DNA of 64,000 nt from an uncultured archaeon. Its GTDB lineage: Archaea > Asgardarchaeota > Lokiarchaeia > Sigyniarchaeales > SOKP01. Positions 10,227-19,945 of this stretch are shown here, one piece after another (positions within the stretch are counted from its first letter, which is position 1; each line of letters starts with the position of its first letter). The notes under the pieces were generated by a model that made no database searches, had not been told where the DNA came from, and saw nothing but the letters and a program-made list of their open reading frames with translations. Location: positions 32,001 through 96,000 of the forward strand of contig CAZGJX010000003.1 in NCBI GenBank assembly GCA_964525635.1, given 5' to 3'. A program made the position numbers and the translations under genes.

Positions 10227-11447
10227 GTGAAAATGGACTATATTGGAAAATATCCTGATAAATTAGGAAAATTTGGTGATTTTGGGGGTATGTTTGCACC
10301 TGAGATCCTTATGCCTGCACTAAATGAATTGACTGAAGCATATAATAAATATATACATGATGATGAGTTCCAAAAAGAATTTTATGACATTCTTAAAGAT
10401 TATAGTGGAAGACCTACACCATTGTATTATGCATCTAAACTAAGTGAACAGATTGGGTGTAAAGTTTACTTAAAGAGAGAAGATCTCTCCCATGGAGGCG
10501 CTCACAAGATCAACAATGTTATAGGACAATCGCTGCTCGCAAAGAAAATTGGTAAGAAACGCTTAGTAGCTGAAACCGGTGCTGGGCAACATGGATTCGC
10601 AACGGCAATAGCGGGGGCTTATTTTGGAATGCCAACAAAAGTATTTATGGGAGAGGTAGATATAGTAAGACAATCTATGAATGTATATCGAATGCAACTC
10701 CTAGGTGCTGAAGTTATTCCTGTTAAATCAGGTTCTAGAACATTGAAAGATGCTATTAATGAAGGTTTAAGATATTGGATAGCAAATGTTCATGATACAC
10801 ATTATCTCATGGGGAGTGTAGTTGGACCACATCCATATCCTATGTTAGTAAGAGAATTTCAAAGAGTTATTGGTAAGGAAATAAAACAACAAATATTAGA
10901 AAAAGAAGGTAAGCTTCCTAATGCGATTATTGCGTGTATTGGAGGAGGTAGTAATGCTATTGGAGCTTTCTATGACTTTGTAAATGATGATGTTCAATTA
11001 ATTGGTGTAGAGGCGGGTGGAGAGGGAATGGAGAGTGGTAAACATTCAATAGCATTAGGTTTAGGACGTCGAGGTGTTTTACATGGTGCTATGCAACATC
11101 TTTTGCAGGATGAGTTTGGAAACATTCTTGAAACTCATTCTATCAGTGCAGGATTAGATTATCCAGGGGTCGGACCAGAACATTGCTATTTAAAAGAAAT
11201 TAATCGCTTAAGAGTTGGGGAAGCAACTGATCAGGAGACTTTAGAGGCATTTAAGAATTTATCTCGTGTTGAAGGTATCATTCCAGCCTTGGAAAGCAGC
11301 CATGCTCTTGGATATCTATACAAAATTAGAAATGAATTCGATAAATCAGATATAGTTATTATCAATCTTTCTGGATCGGGAAGTAAAGATTTATCAATTG
11401 TGGCAGATCATATAAAATTTAAAATACATCCTAAGAACATATTGTAA
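10227..11447 (+). CDS. trpB: tryptophan synthase beta chain (TrpB1 type)
   Basis: [16 protein letters not shown] (PLP lysine), [32 protein letters not shown]. Confidence 0.98.
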   Translation: MKMDYIGKYPDKLGKFGDFGGMFAPEILMPALNELTEAYNKYIHDDEFQKEFYDILKDYSGRPTPLYYASKLSEQIGCKVYLKREDLSHGGAHKINNVIGQSLLAKKIGKKRLVAETGAGQHGFATAIAGAYFGMPTKVFMGEVDIVRQSMNVYRMQLLGAEVIPVKSGSRTLKDAINEGLRYWIANVHDTHYLMGSVVGPHPYPMLVREFQRVIGKEIKQQILEKEGKLPNAIIACIGGGSNAIGAFYDFVNDDVQLIGVEAGGEGMESGKHSIALGLGRRGVLHGAMQHLLQDEFGNILETHSISAGLDYPGVGPEHCYLKEINRLRVGEATDQETLEAFKNLSRVEGIIPALESSHALGYLYKIRNEFDKSDIVIINLSGSGSKDLSIVADHIKFKIHPKNIL

Positions 11448-11537
11448 TTTTCTTTAGAAAATTAAATTAATTATTTAAAGTATTAATAAATGATGGAAAA
11501 TATGGGAATTAACAAGAATAAAATTGAAGAATGTAAT

Positions 11538-11624
11538 GATGATACAGTTATTGTTAAATTATCTGGTTCAGGATAAAAAGATCTTGATATAATTAAAGAA
11601 TATATGGTGTTTAAAGTAAAATGA
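11538..11624 (+). pseudogene. relic second copy of the trpB 3' end
   Basis: Reads DDTVIVKLSGSG*KDLDIIKEYMVFKVK*, versus [28 protein letters not shown] in trpB; its TGA overlaps the trpA ATG. Confidence 0.75.
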
Positions 11625-12457
11625 GTAATACAAATAGATTATTTAAGTTATTTAATGGTAGAGATGTCAATGACAAATATTTTATGCCCTTTTTTGTAGC
11701 AGGAGATCCGAGTATTGATGAGTTTAAGAATATCATCAAGAAAATTGAGCCATATGCAGATATCATTGAAATTGGGATACCATTTTCCGATCCTATTGCA
11801 GATGGTCCAACAATTCAAGAAGGAAATGTAAGAGCCTTTAAAGCAGGAATTAATACAAAAGTAGCTCTGGATGCAATTAAAGAACTAAGAAAATCAACTG
11901 ATAAACCTTTTGTTATTTTAACTTATTATAATATACTTATTCAAGGAGCTGAAACAATAGAAAAGTCAATTGATAAAACATTTAAACAATTAAAAGAAAG
12001 TGGAATAGATGGAATGGTTATCGCAGATCTACCAATTGAGGAAGCAAATTTAGTTTTAGAAGCATGTGAAAAGTATGATTTAGCATTAATATTTCTTGTT
12101 GCACCTTCTACCACAGAAGAAAGATTAAAAAAGATCTTGCTTAAAGCAAAAGGATTTATTTATCTAATATCAGTAATGGGTGTAACTGGAGCAAGAGAAA
12201 CGGTTGCTCAAATTACAAAGGAGAATATAGCAAGAATAAAGCAAAAAACTGATAAAAACCTTCCCGTTTTTGTAGGATTTGGTATATCAAAACCAGAACA
12301 TGCAAAAGCTATTATTGAAGCAGGAGCAGATGGAGTTATAATTGGTTCTGCGATTGTAGATCTTATTAAAAATAATCTAAATGATTTTCAGGAAATTGAA
12401 GGAAAATTAGTAGAATTTCATGAAAACATAAAAAATTCAATAAAGAGGTCGAATTAA
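11621..12457 (+). CDS. trpA: tryptophan synthase alpha chain
   Basis: AGDP, IEIGIPFSDPIADGPTIQ, GVTGAR, VGFGIS, ADGVIIGSA. Confidence 0.98.
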   Translation: MSNTNRLFKLFNGRDVNDKYFMPFFVAGDPSIDEFKNIIKKIEPYADIIEIGIPFSDPIADGPTIQEGNVRAFKAGINTKVALDAIKELRKSTDKPFVILTYYNILIQGAETIEKSIDKTFKQLKESGIDGMVIADLPIEEANLVLEACEKYDLALIFLVAPSTTEERLKKILLKAKGFIYLISVMGVTGARETVAQITKENIARIKQKTDKNLPVFVGFGISKPEHAKAIIEAGADGVIIGSAIVDLIKNNLNDFQEIEGKLVEFHENIKNSIKRSN

Positions 12458-12458
12458 A

Positions 12459-13955
12459 TTGGATTTTGACATACATATAGAAAAAATTGGAGAATTAGAT
12501 AATATCTTTAATTTTTATAAATATCTCATCGAAAAATATGATTTTAAGAAGCATGTCCTATTAGAATCCTCATCAGGAAACTCAAACGAAACCTTATATA
12601 GTTTTATTGCTCTTGAACCTGATTTTATGTTTGAAATTAATGGGAAGAACTATAAAATTTTCGATATCACTTCAGAAAGAGGTGAAAATATCAAAAATTA
12701 TGTTGAATCTAAAGATCCCGCTAAGGAAATACCACGTAATCCCCTACCATTTAATGATAATGTCGATTATAATATGATTGCTTTAGATACCTTAAGTCAT
12801 CTTACCCCATATTCTAAATTACCTTTTACTGAACTATTTCCAAGAAATATATTTTTTGGAGGAGTAGTAGGGGTGATCTCTTATGATATAGTAGCACCAT
12901 ATGTTGGTTATCAATCTAATAGTGAATTTCCAGATATTCTCATGGGACTTTATACAAAAGTACTTGTATATTCGCACAAATCTAATGCTTTATTTATGAT
13001 AGATAATAGCCTTGATGATTATTCAAGGGACAAGGACATTAGATATCAATTAGAATTGTTTAAAAGAAATAATATTAAAAATAAAAAGAAAGATATTCCA
13101 TTAGATCTCGACGATATAGATGAAAGTATGTTTAGATCGAATACTTCTAAATCAGCTCACGAACAAATGGTGAACAAGACTAAAGAGCATATATATGCTG
13201 GCGATATAATTCAAGCGGTTATCTCTAGAAGACTATATACTGAAAGTAAAGTAAATCCTATTAATTTTTATGAAATACTTAGAGAGCTTAATCCCTCGAA
13301 TTATATGTATAATATCAATTTCAATTATATTAAAATAATTGGTAGTAGCCCCGAAGCTCTTATAACAAAAAATAAAGATGTTCTATCAACTATGCCAATA
13401 GCAGGAACGATAAGAAGAAGTAAGGATCCAGAAGAAGACTTGAATTTAGAGAGAGAATTACTAGGTAATATAAAGGAGAGGGCCGAGCACCTCATGCTAG
13501 TAGATTTGGCAAGGAATGACTTAGCTAAGGTCTCATATCCTGGAACTGTCGAAACATTTGATTTTATGACGATTCAGAAATACCAAAAAGTTCAACATAT
13601 CGTAAGCAAAGTTAGAAGTAAGACACCTCTTGATGGTTTTCAAGCATTAAAAAGTGTTTTTCCTGCAGGGACATTATCAGGAGCACCCAAATTAGAAGCT
13701 ATGAAAATAATCCAAGAACTTGAAACTGAAAATCGCTCATTTTATGGTGGAGCAATTGGCTATTTCAGTTTTAATGGGGATCTAGCAATGGCAATTGCCA
13801 TTAGAACATTATTTGGTCGGGGAAATAAATATTTTGCTCAAGCAGGGGGTGGAATTGTCGCAGACTCCCAACCAGAACAAGAATTCCAAGAAACTTATAA
13901 CAAATTATACAGTGTTTTGAAATCAATTAAGATAGCGGAGGCAAGAGAACAATGA
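12459..13955 (+). CDS. trpE: anthranilate synthase component I
   Basis: LLES, NPSNYM, SSPE, KERAEHLMLVDLARND, FPAGTLSGAPK, AGGGIVADS; TTG start. Confidence 0.95.
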   Translation: MDFDIHIEKIGELDNIFNFYKYLIEKYDFKKHVLLESSSGNSNETLYSFIALEPDFMFEINGKNYKIFDITSERGENIKNYVESKDPAKEIPRNPLPFNDNVDYNMIALDTLSHLTPYSKLPFTELFPRNIFFGGVVGVISYDIVAPYVGYQSNSEFPDILMGLYTKVLVYSHKSNALFMIDNSLDDYSRDKDIRYQLELFKRNNIKNKKKDIPLDLDDIDESMFRSNTSKSAHEQMVNKTKEHIYAGDIIQAVISRRLYTESKVNPINFYEILRELNPSNYMYNINFNYIKIIGSSPEALITKNKDVLSTMPIAGTIRRSKDPEEDLNLERELLGNIKERAEHLMLVDLARNDLAKVSYPGTVETFDFMTIQKYQKVQHIVSKVRSKTPLDGFQALKSVFPAGTLSGAPKLEAMKIIQELETENRSFYGGAIGYFSFNGDLAMAIAIRTLFGRGNKYFAQAGGGIVADSQPEQEFQETYNKLYSVLKSIKIAEAREQ

Positions 13956-14545
13956 ATATTTTATTTATAAATAATTACGATAGCTTTGTTTATAATTTAG
14001 TTAATTATTTCTGTCAGTTGGCTCCAGACGCTAGAATCATGATCGAAGACAATAATATCTCTATAGAAAAAGTTGAAGAATATTCTATTGATAAAATTAT
14101 AATATCACCTGGCCCCGGTCATCCCAAATACGATACAGGAACTGTCATTCCTATTATTAAACACTATCATAAAGAAATTCCGATCTTAGGGATTTGTCTT
14201 GGACATCAAGCAATTGTTGAAGCTTTTGGTGATAAGCCCGATTTGGAATATATTGGACGAGCTAAAGTAGGACCTATGCATGGAAAACAATCAAAGATAT
14301 TTCATGATCAAGAAAAAATCTATAAGGATATACCTAATCCAATCCAAGTTATTCGCTATCATTCTCTTGCAGCTAAAGGGGACATTCTTCCTCAAGACCT
14401 TAAAATCACAGCTACTGCAGATGATGGAACAATTATGGGGGTTCGACATAAACAATTTCCAGTTGAAGGGGTTCAGTTTCATCCCGAATCAATACAAATG
14501 AAGCCCCATGGAATGCAAATTTTAAAAAATTTCTTAGATATATGA
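13952..14545 (+). CDS. trpG: anthranilate synthase component II (glutamine amidotransferase)
   Basis: NYDSFVYNL, ISPGPG, GICLGHQ, RYHSL, QFHPES. Confidence 0.96.
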   Translation: MNILFINNYDSFVYNLVNYFCQLAPDARIMIEDNNISIEKVEEYSIDKIIISPGPGHPKYDTGTVIPIIKHYHKEIPILGICLGHQAIVEAFGDKPDLEYIGRAKVGPMHGKQSKIFHDQEKIYKDIPNPIQVIRYHSLAAKGDILPQDLKITATADDGTIMGVRHKQFPVEGVQFHPESIQMKPHGMQILKNFLDI

Positions 14546-14547
14546 AA

Positions 14548-17319
14548 TTAACTAAGAGAAAGTTCAAGTAATTCTCTACCTAACTTAGTAAGAGAATATT
14601 TATATTGTCTTTTATTATTACTTAAGGTAGAAGGATTATAAGCAATTATTCTTTTTAAATATCTTTTCTTATAAAGATCTCGTATCATCCATTCAAGGCT
14701 CTTAATATCATCCAAGTAATTTAACTTTAATAGATCTAAAGCAAAATAAGATCCTTTGCTAAATTCTAGTAAAATTCTTCGCTGAAAATCTGTTAGATAA
14801 TTGAAACCTTCACGGTCACCTAACTTTTTTCTATATTGAATCTCATCTTCATAGTCTTCTACAAAAAATTTTCGATGATCAAATTTCGGAATGGGAGGTA
14901 ATTTTTTTCCTGTTTTTTCTTCAATCTGTCTTATTATTTTTTCTTGCATTTCTTCAAGCTCAATTTTTTTCCATTCTCCATTTCGCATTTCATATCCAAG
15001 CACTATTAATAATATATATTGTTTCTCACAAAATTCAATTTTGAACTGATCAATTTCTAATTGTCTTTCATGATCCTCTTCCTTTTTTTGCCATTCTGGC
15101 ACTCTAATATAATGTTGCCTTCCTTGTCGCTCAAAACCTACTAATAATTCAAGATTAAAACCATCTAAATGCATTCTAGTAATATCAAAATTGATTTTAT
15201 TTGGATCATATCTCGCTAAGCCTTCTCTACCTTCGATATTTAAAACTATTTGAATTAGTGGTGTCTCAAGAAATTTAATTTGTTTCTTATACAAGTAAGA
15301 AAATATTCTTTCCATATAACATCTGAATACTTTCTCATAATAACCCTTTGAGCAATGAGGACACCATGACCTTCTTTTTTTCACTTTATATATCCGCTTT
15401 TTAAAAATTTTCTTACACTTTCCACATCGCCAATTATGTAGTTTATCGCTTCCCTTATATATATTCGATAAAAATTCACCAGGTGCTCCCGTTTTTTCTA
15501 AACCCACTTCATAAGCCAATTTTCTTAATCCCTTAATAGTAGGCGTAACTTTATGAGCACACTTAGAACACCAACTTCTTCTCGATTTCACTTTGTTAGG
15601 TGTCATAGTAAACTCATGTTTGCAAGCACCACATTTCCATCTAAGTTTGGATGTCGCTCCTTTATATTCATCAGACAAACAAAATCCAGGGACTTTAGTT
15701 TTTTCTAGCCCAACTTCATATGCCAAAATTCTCATATCTTCAATAGTCTGTTCTTTACCAGCACATCTAGGACACCATGACCTTTTCGATTTTATATCAT
15801 TTGGTGTCATAAAAAATTTATTTTCACATTTTCCACAATACCATTCTAATTCTGTGGAAGAATTAATATACTTATTGGATAAACACCGTCCAGAAACACC
15901 CGTTTTCTCCATTCCAACATCATAAGCTAATTCATGCATATCCTCAATTGTTATTTGTTTATGTAAAAAATGTGGATTATTACTACATCTAGGACACCAC
16001 TCCTTTCTAATTTTCACTTTATCAGGGTTTTTTGAGAATACATATCTGCAAGCTCCACATCGCCATTTTAATTCAGTTTTCATATTTATATAATTTTTTG
16101 ATAAACACTCACCTTCAATCCCTGTTTTTTCTATACCTACCACACGGGCTAGTTCTTGCATATCTAATATAGAATATTTCTTAATTTCTTTAACCCCTCT
16201 TACTTTTAATTTAATGTTAACTTCGTTTGCTAATTGTTGCAATAAATTAAAAGAATCCTCAGGGATAGATTTACTTTGATAGATAATATCTCCAATTCTG
16301 GTATGAATATAATCACTAATAGATTTGTTTGTCATACTTAACTCTAACCTCAATTTATCTATTAAAGACTTGGTCTTTTCCTTATCAAGTATGAAATATT
16401 TTTTTATAGGGAATGTCGATTTAGTATAAATTCCATCATAAATCGTTTCGCTCTTCTTATAATCTTCTTCATTCATAAAATTATAAAATTCATAACCACA
16501 CTGACCACATTTCCATAGAAGTTTTGTTTTATTATTAAAATATTCTTTGGATAAACATTTTTTTGGAACTCCAGTTTTTTCTAATCCCAAATCATGGGCT
16601 AATTTAATCATATCTCTTATTTTTTCCTCTTTTTTCTTTTTATAAATTATAAATTTCTTTAATTCATCTCTAATTACTTCATAGAAATGAGAGAGATTAT
16701 TTGAATTCCATTTTTCTTTTATGATGATAAAAATATGAGAGATGATCCATTTTAAATATACTTCAACATCAGATTTATAAAAAGGATCTTTTTTTATTTT
16801 TTCTTGAAACTTAGCATGATATGTATTAAATTCTTCTGTTCTCAACTTTTTGTAAAGATTTTCAAGATAAATTCTTTGAATCTTCTTTTCTGTAATTGGC
16901 AAAATAAAATCTTCTAAATTTTTTAATACTTCACTTTTTAATTTACTTTTTTTTATTTTTTGCTTTAAATGTCTTTCCACATCTCCGATTATATCATATA
17001 TGAGGCGAGAGATTATAATGACGAGATTTTGTTTAAATAATTTTGGAAAATCAGGGTCATAATAAACCCTCTCGATTGGATATTTATATGTTTTTCTTAT
17101 TTCTTGTTCTTTATTGTTAATTCTTTTATCCTCATATTTTTCCTCAGAATGAATATTATCTTGAACAAAAATATTTTTTATCTCAAATTTCGTTCCACAA
17201 TATTGACAAAATGCGAATTCATCGGCTATTGGATTATTTTCTATATCTTTTATCTGTAATCTAATACCACAATTTTCACAAAATAAGGAGTTCCCATTCT
17301 TGTTTTTTGACTCATTCAT
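14548..17319 (-). CDS. multi-zinc-ribbon repeat protein with Vsr/DUF559-like endonuclease domain and C-terminal winged helix
   Basis: N-terminal CENC..CQYC; repeats with WxCxxC...WCPxC; LDGFNLELLVGFERQGRQHY...DQFKIEFC; wHTH-like end YKYSLTKLGRELL. Confidence 0.7.
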   Translation of the reverse strand: MNESKNKNGNSLFCENCGIRLQIKDIENNPIADEFAFCQYCGTKFEIKNIFVQDNIHSEEKYEDKRINNKEQEIRKTYKYPIERVYYDPDFPKLFKQNLVIIISRLIYDIIGDVERHLKQKIKKSKLKSEVLKNLEDFILPITEKKIQRIYLENLYKKLRTEEFNTYHAKFQEKIKKDPFYKSDVEVYLKWIISHIFIIIKEKWNSNNLSHFYEVIRDELKKFIIYKKKKEEKIRDMIKLAHDLGLEKTGVPKKCLSKEYFNNKTKLLWKCGQCGYEFYNFMNEEDYKKSETIYDGIYTKSTFPIKKYFILDKEKTKSLIDKLRLELSMTNKSISDYIHTRIGDIIYQSKSIPEDSFNLLQQLANEVNIKLKVRGVKEIKKYSILDMQELARVVGIEKTGIEGECLSKNYINMKTELKWRCGACRYVFSKNPDKVKIRKEWCPRCSNNPHFLHKQITIEDMHELAYDVGMEKTGVSGRCLSNKYINSSTELEWYCGKCENKFFMTPNDIKSKRSWCPRCAGKEQTIEDMRILAYEVGLEKTKVPGFCLSDEYKGATSKLRWKCGACKHEFTMTPNKVKSRRSWCSKCAHKVTPTIKGLRKLAYEVGLEKTGAPGEFLSNIYKGSDKLHNWRCGKCKKIFKKRIYKVKKRRSWCPHCSKGYYEKVFRCYMERIFSYLYKKQIKFLETPLIQIVLNIEGREGLARYDPNKINFDITRMHLDGFNLELLVGFERQGRQHYIRVPEWQKKEEDHERQLEIDQFKIEFCEKQYILLIVLGYEMRNGEWKKIELEEMQEKIIRQIEEKTGKKLPPIPKFDHRKFFVEDYEDEIQYRKKLGDREGFNYLTDFQRRILLEFSKGSYFALDLLKLNYLDDIKSLEWMIRDLYKKRYLKRIIAYNPSTLSNNKRQYKYSLTKLGRELLELSLS
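15345..16620 (-). repeat. about five ~68-aa intragenic zinc-ribbon repeats (first one partial)
   Basis: Recurrent (T)IEDMxxLAxxVGxEKTGxxGxCLSxxY...LxWxCGxC...WCPxC; coordinates approximate. Confidence 0.8.
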
Positions 17320-17568
17320 TTATAATTCATATATGCACAGGTATATAAACAAAAAAAAATAATAAAAAAATTCCCTAATTTATATCTCAATCTTCATACA
17401 TTTTTTATAAAATTTTTATATATTACTTCACTAGACCTATTAAGGATAGAAATTATTTTAAAATAAACAACAAATAGATTTCATCTTTATTTCTAACAAG
17501 AGTCAGTCACAATTAACTTTCTATATTTTTGGTTTAAATCATCTAAATATCAAGAGAAAACTACATAG

Positions 17569-19773
17569 ATGAATCATATTAAGAACGATCTAATAGAAAA
17601 TTGTATTTTACATGGTAAATTTCATGAAGCACTTAATAGTCTTAACTCAATTGAAAGAAGAAGAGTTTTATCTGATAATGAGTTGCTAATGAAAAAATTA
17701 ACTAAGATTTATATTTGTATTGATAAAGGAGATTTTAAGAAAGGTAGATCAATTGCTGATGAGATGATTAAGCTTTCACAAGAAAAAAATAATATATTGA
17801 GGGAGATTGATGGCCTTATCGGTAAGGTTGAAAATATGCTTTGTTTAGTTTTATATAATGATGCGCTTCAATTATTAAAAAAAGCAGAATCGATATTAAT
17901 TAAAGCTCAAAATATATCAATAAAAGAATTTAAACGGAAAAAAGCATATATAATCTATCTTAAAGGAAGAATTTGTCAAGATACCCATAAAATCAATGAA
18001 GGAATAAATTATTTTAAGGAAAGTCTTAAAATAAGAAAAGATATAAATGATAGGATAGGTATAATCTGGACTTTATTAAATCTAGGTATATTAACCGTAG
18101 CTATTGGAGAATTTCAAAATGCAGAAAAATATATTACCAAAAGTTTAAATCTTGCTGAAGAATTCAATATTGAGGCTGCAATTATTTGGAGTTTGATTCA
18201 TTTAGGGTGGATTAAATATCACAGAAGAGAACTAGATCTTCTAATGGTTTATGCCCAAAAATGTCTTTTGATTTGTAAATCACAAAATTTTAAGTATTCA
18301 TTAGCTTATTGTTATGATCTTATTGGACATTATCACCTCATTAAAGGAAATTTAAATGACGCTTTACATAATTTTGAAATAAGTTTAAATTTAAGATTAG
18401 AAGAAGGATATAGATATTCATTACCACAATCGTATTATAGTATTGGAGAAGTATATAGTCAGAAAGGTGAACTTAGAGAGAGTTTAAAATATTATCACAA
18501 AATTATAGATATTCCCTTAATTGATGAGAAAGAATTCTTTACACCAGTTTATTTAAGTACAATGGGTAAAATCTATGGTGAACTCGGTGATTTTCCTAAA
18601 GCTAAAAAATATTTATCATCTGCTTTAGACTTATTTAAAAAAAACAAAATGTTAACCATTCACTTCCAAAATTTCACTATGTCAATTGCTAAAACTTATC
18701 ATTTTTTAATTGTTCTTTCAATACGGAATAATGAACTCGAGAATATAAATAATTACTTAGAGGATTTACATCAAATAAGTCAGGAGCACCCAAATCTTAA
18801 ATATATTAGCCAAATATATAAATTAGATAAAGCTATAATATTAAAAATAAGTAATCGTGTTAAAATTCGAATGAAAGCAGCCAATATTTTTAAAAAACTT
18901 TCTGAAGAAAAAATAATTGATCATGAAATTACAATTGAATCTATGACAAATTTATGCGAACTTTTGATATATGAATTAGAATTGACAGGAAATGAGGATA
19001 TACTTATAGAGATAAAGGATATTTCTAATAAATTACTTAAAATAGCAGAAGCGCAGTATCTATATAATTTAATGGTCGAAATATATTTATTTAAAGCTAA
19101 AATATCATTATTAGAGTTAGATCTTAATAAGGTACATGATTTTCTATCAAAAGGTCAAAGAATAGCATTGAATTTTGATTTAAAATTATTATTAAAAAGA
19201 ATTTCCAGTGAATATGATTCATTACTAGTTAATAAAGATAAATGGGAGGAAATGATTAAAAAGCAAATCCCATTACAAAAGCGAGTGAATTATTCAAGAT
19301 ATGAATTTTTATTTTCTAGTATGGTTCGAACTAAAATCAAAAAGTCAATAGAACTTCCAGAATTGCCTTATTATTTTATAACTCTCAGTAATATCGATGG
19401 ATACTGTTTATATGAGAAGAATCTCCAAGAGAAATTAAATATAGAGGGAGATTTTATAGCAGGATTTATTTCAACTATAAATCTATTTGGTAAAGAAGCT
19501 TTCTCTTCCTTAGATTCAATTAACCGAATTAAACATGGAGATTTTTTTATAATTCTACAGTCTAAGGAAAATTTTTTATTTGGTTATGTATTTAAAGGTC
19601 AATCTTATTCTGCAATAACTAAATTAGATCTTTTCATTAAAAAATTAACAGAATTTAATGATATATTCAAAAAATTGTATTATTCTTTACAGAGCCATCT
19701 TGAATTATCAGAAGAAACTAAAATATCAATAGATAATTTAGTTAATGAGATTTTTATACAAGATAATAAATAG
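17569..19773 (+). CDS. TPR-repeat protein with C-terminal longin-like domain (paralogue 4, subtype A)
   Basis: Collinear paralogue; RVNYSRYEFLFSSMVR is closest to paralogue 1. Confidence 0.8.
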   Translation: MNHIKNDLIENCILHGKFHEALNSLNSIERRRVLSDNELLMKKLTKIYICIDKGDFKKGRSIADEMIKLSQEKNNILREIDGLIGKVENMLCLVLYNDALQLLKKAESILIKAQNISIKEFKRKKAYIIYLKGRICQDTHKINEGINYFKESLKIRKDINDRIGIIWTLLNLGILTVAIGEFQNAEKYITKSLNLAEEFNIEAAIIWSLIHLGWIKYHRRELDLLMVYAQKCLLICKSQNFKYSLAYCYDLIGHYHLIKGNLNDALHNFEISLNLRLEEGYRYSLPQSYYSIGEVYSQKGELRESLKYYHKIIDIPLIDEKEFFTPVYLSTMGKIYGELGDFPKAKKYLSSALDLFKKNKMLTIHFQNFTMSIAKTYHFLIVLSIRNNELENINNYLEDLHQISQEHPNLKYISQIYKLDKAIILKISNRVKIRMKAANIFKKLSEEKIIDHEITIESMTNLCELLIYELELTGNEDILIEIKDISNKLLKIAEAQYLYNLMVEIYLFKAKISLLELDLNKVHDFLSKGQRIALNFDLKLLLKRISSEYDSLLVNKDKWEEMIKKQIPLQKRVNYSRYEFLFSSMVRTKIKKSIELPELPYYFITLSNIDGYCLYEKNLQEKLNIEGDFIAGFISTINLFGKEAFSSLDSINRIKHGDFFIILQSKENFLFGYVFKGQSYSAITKLDLFIKKLTEFNDIFKKLYYSLQSHLELSEETKISIDNLVNEIFIQDNK

Positions 19774-19945
19774 AACTTCTTTGATTATATATTGAAGCAG
19801 TAATTTTGTATATATTTTTTAAGACTATATCTTTGTAGGGAATATAAAACTGAAAAAAAAAGATTCAAAATTATTTGTTATAAAAAAATATATTTTACTA
19901 ATGATAATTTAATTTTTACAAAACTAATAAACATATAGCTATAAG

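Noticed and set aside
15345-16620. Periodic nucleotide similarity as a CRISPR array
   Set aside because: The repeats are degenerate, ~200 bp, in frame and protein-coding; no cas genes are present
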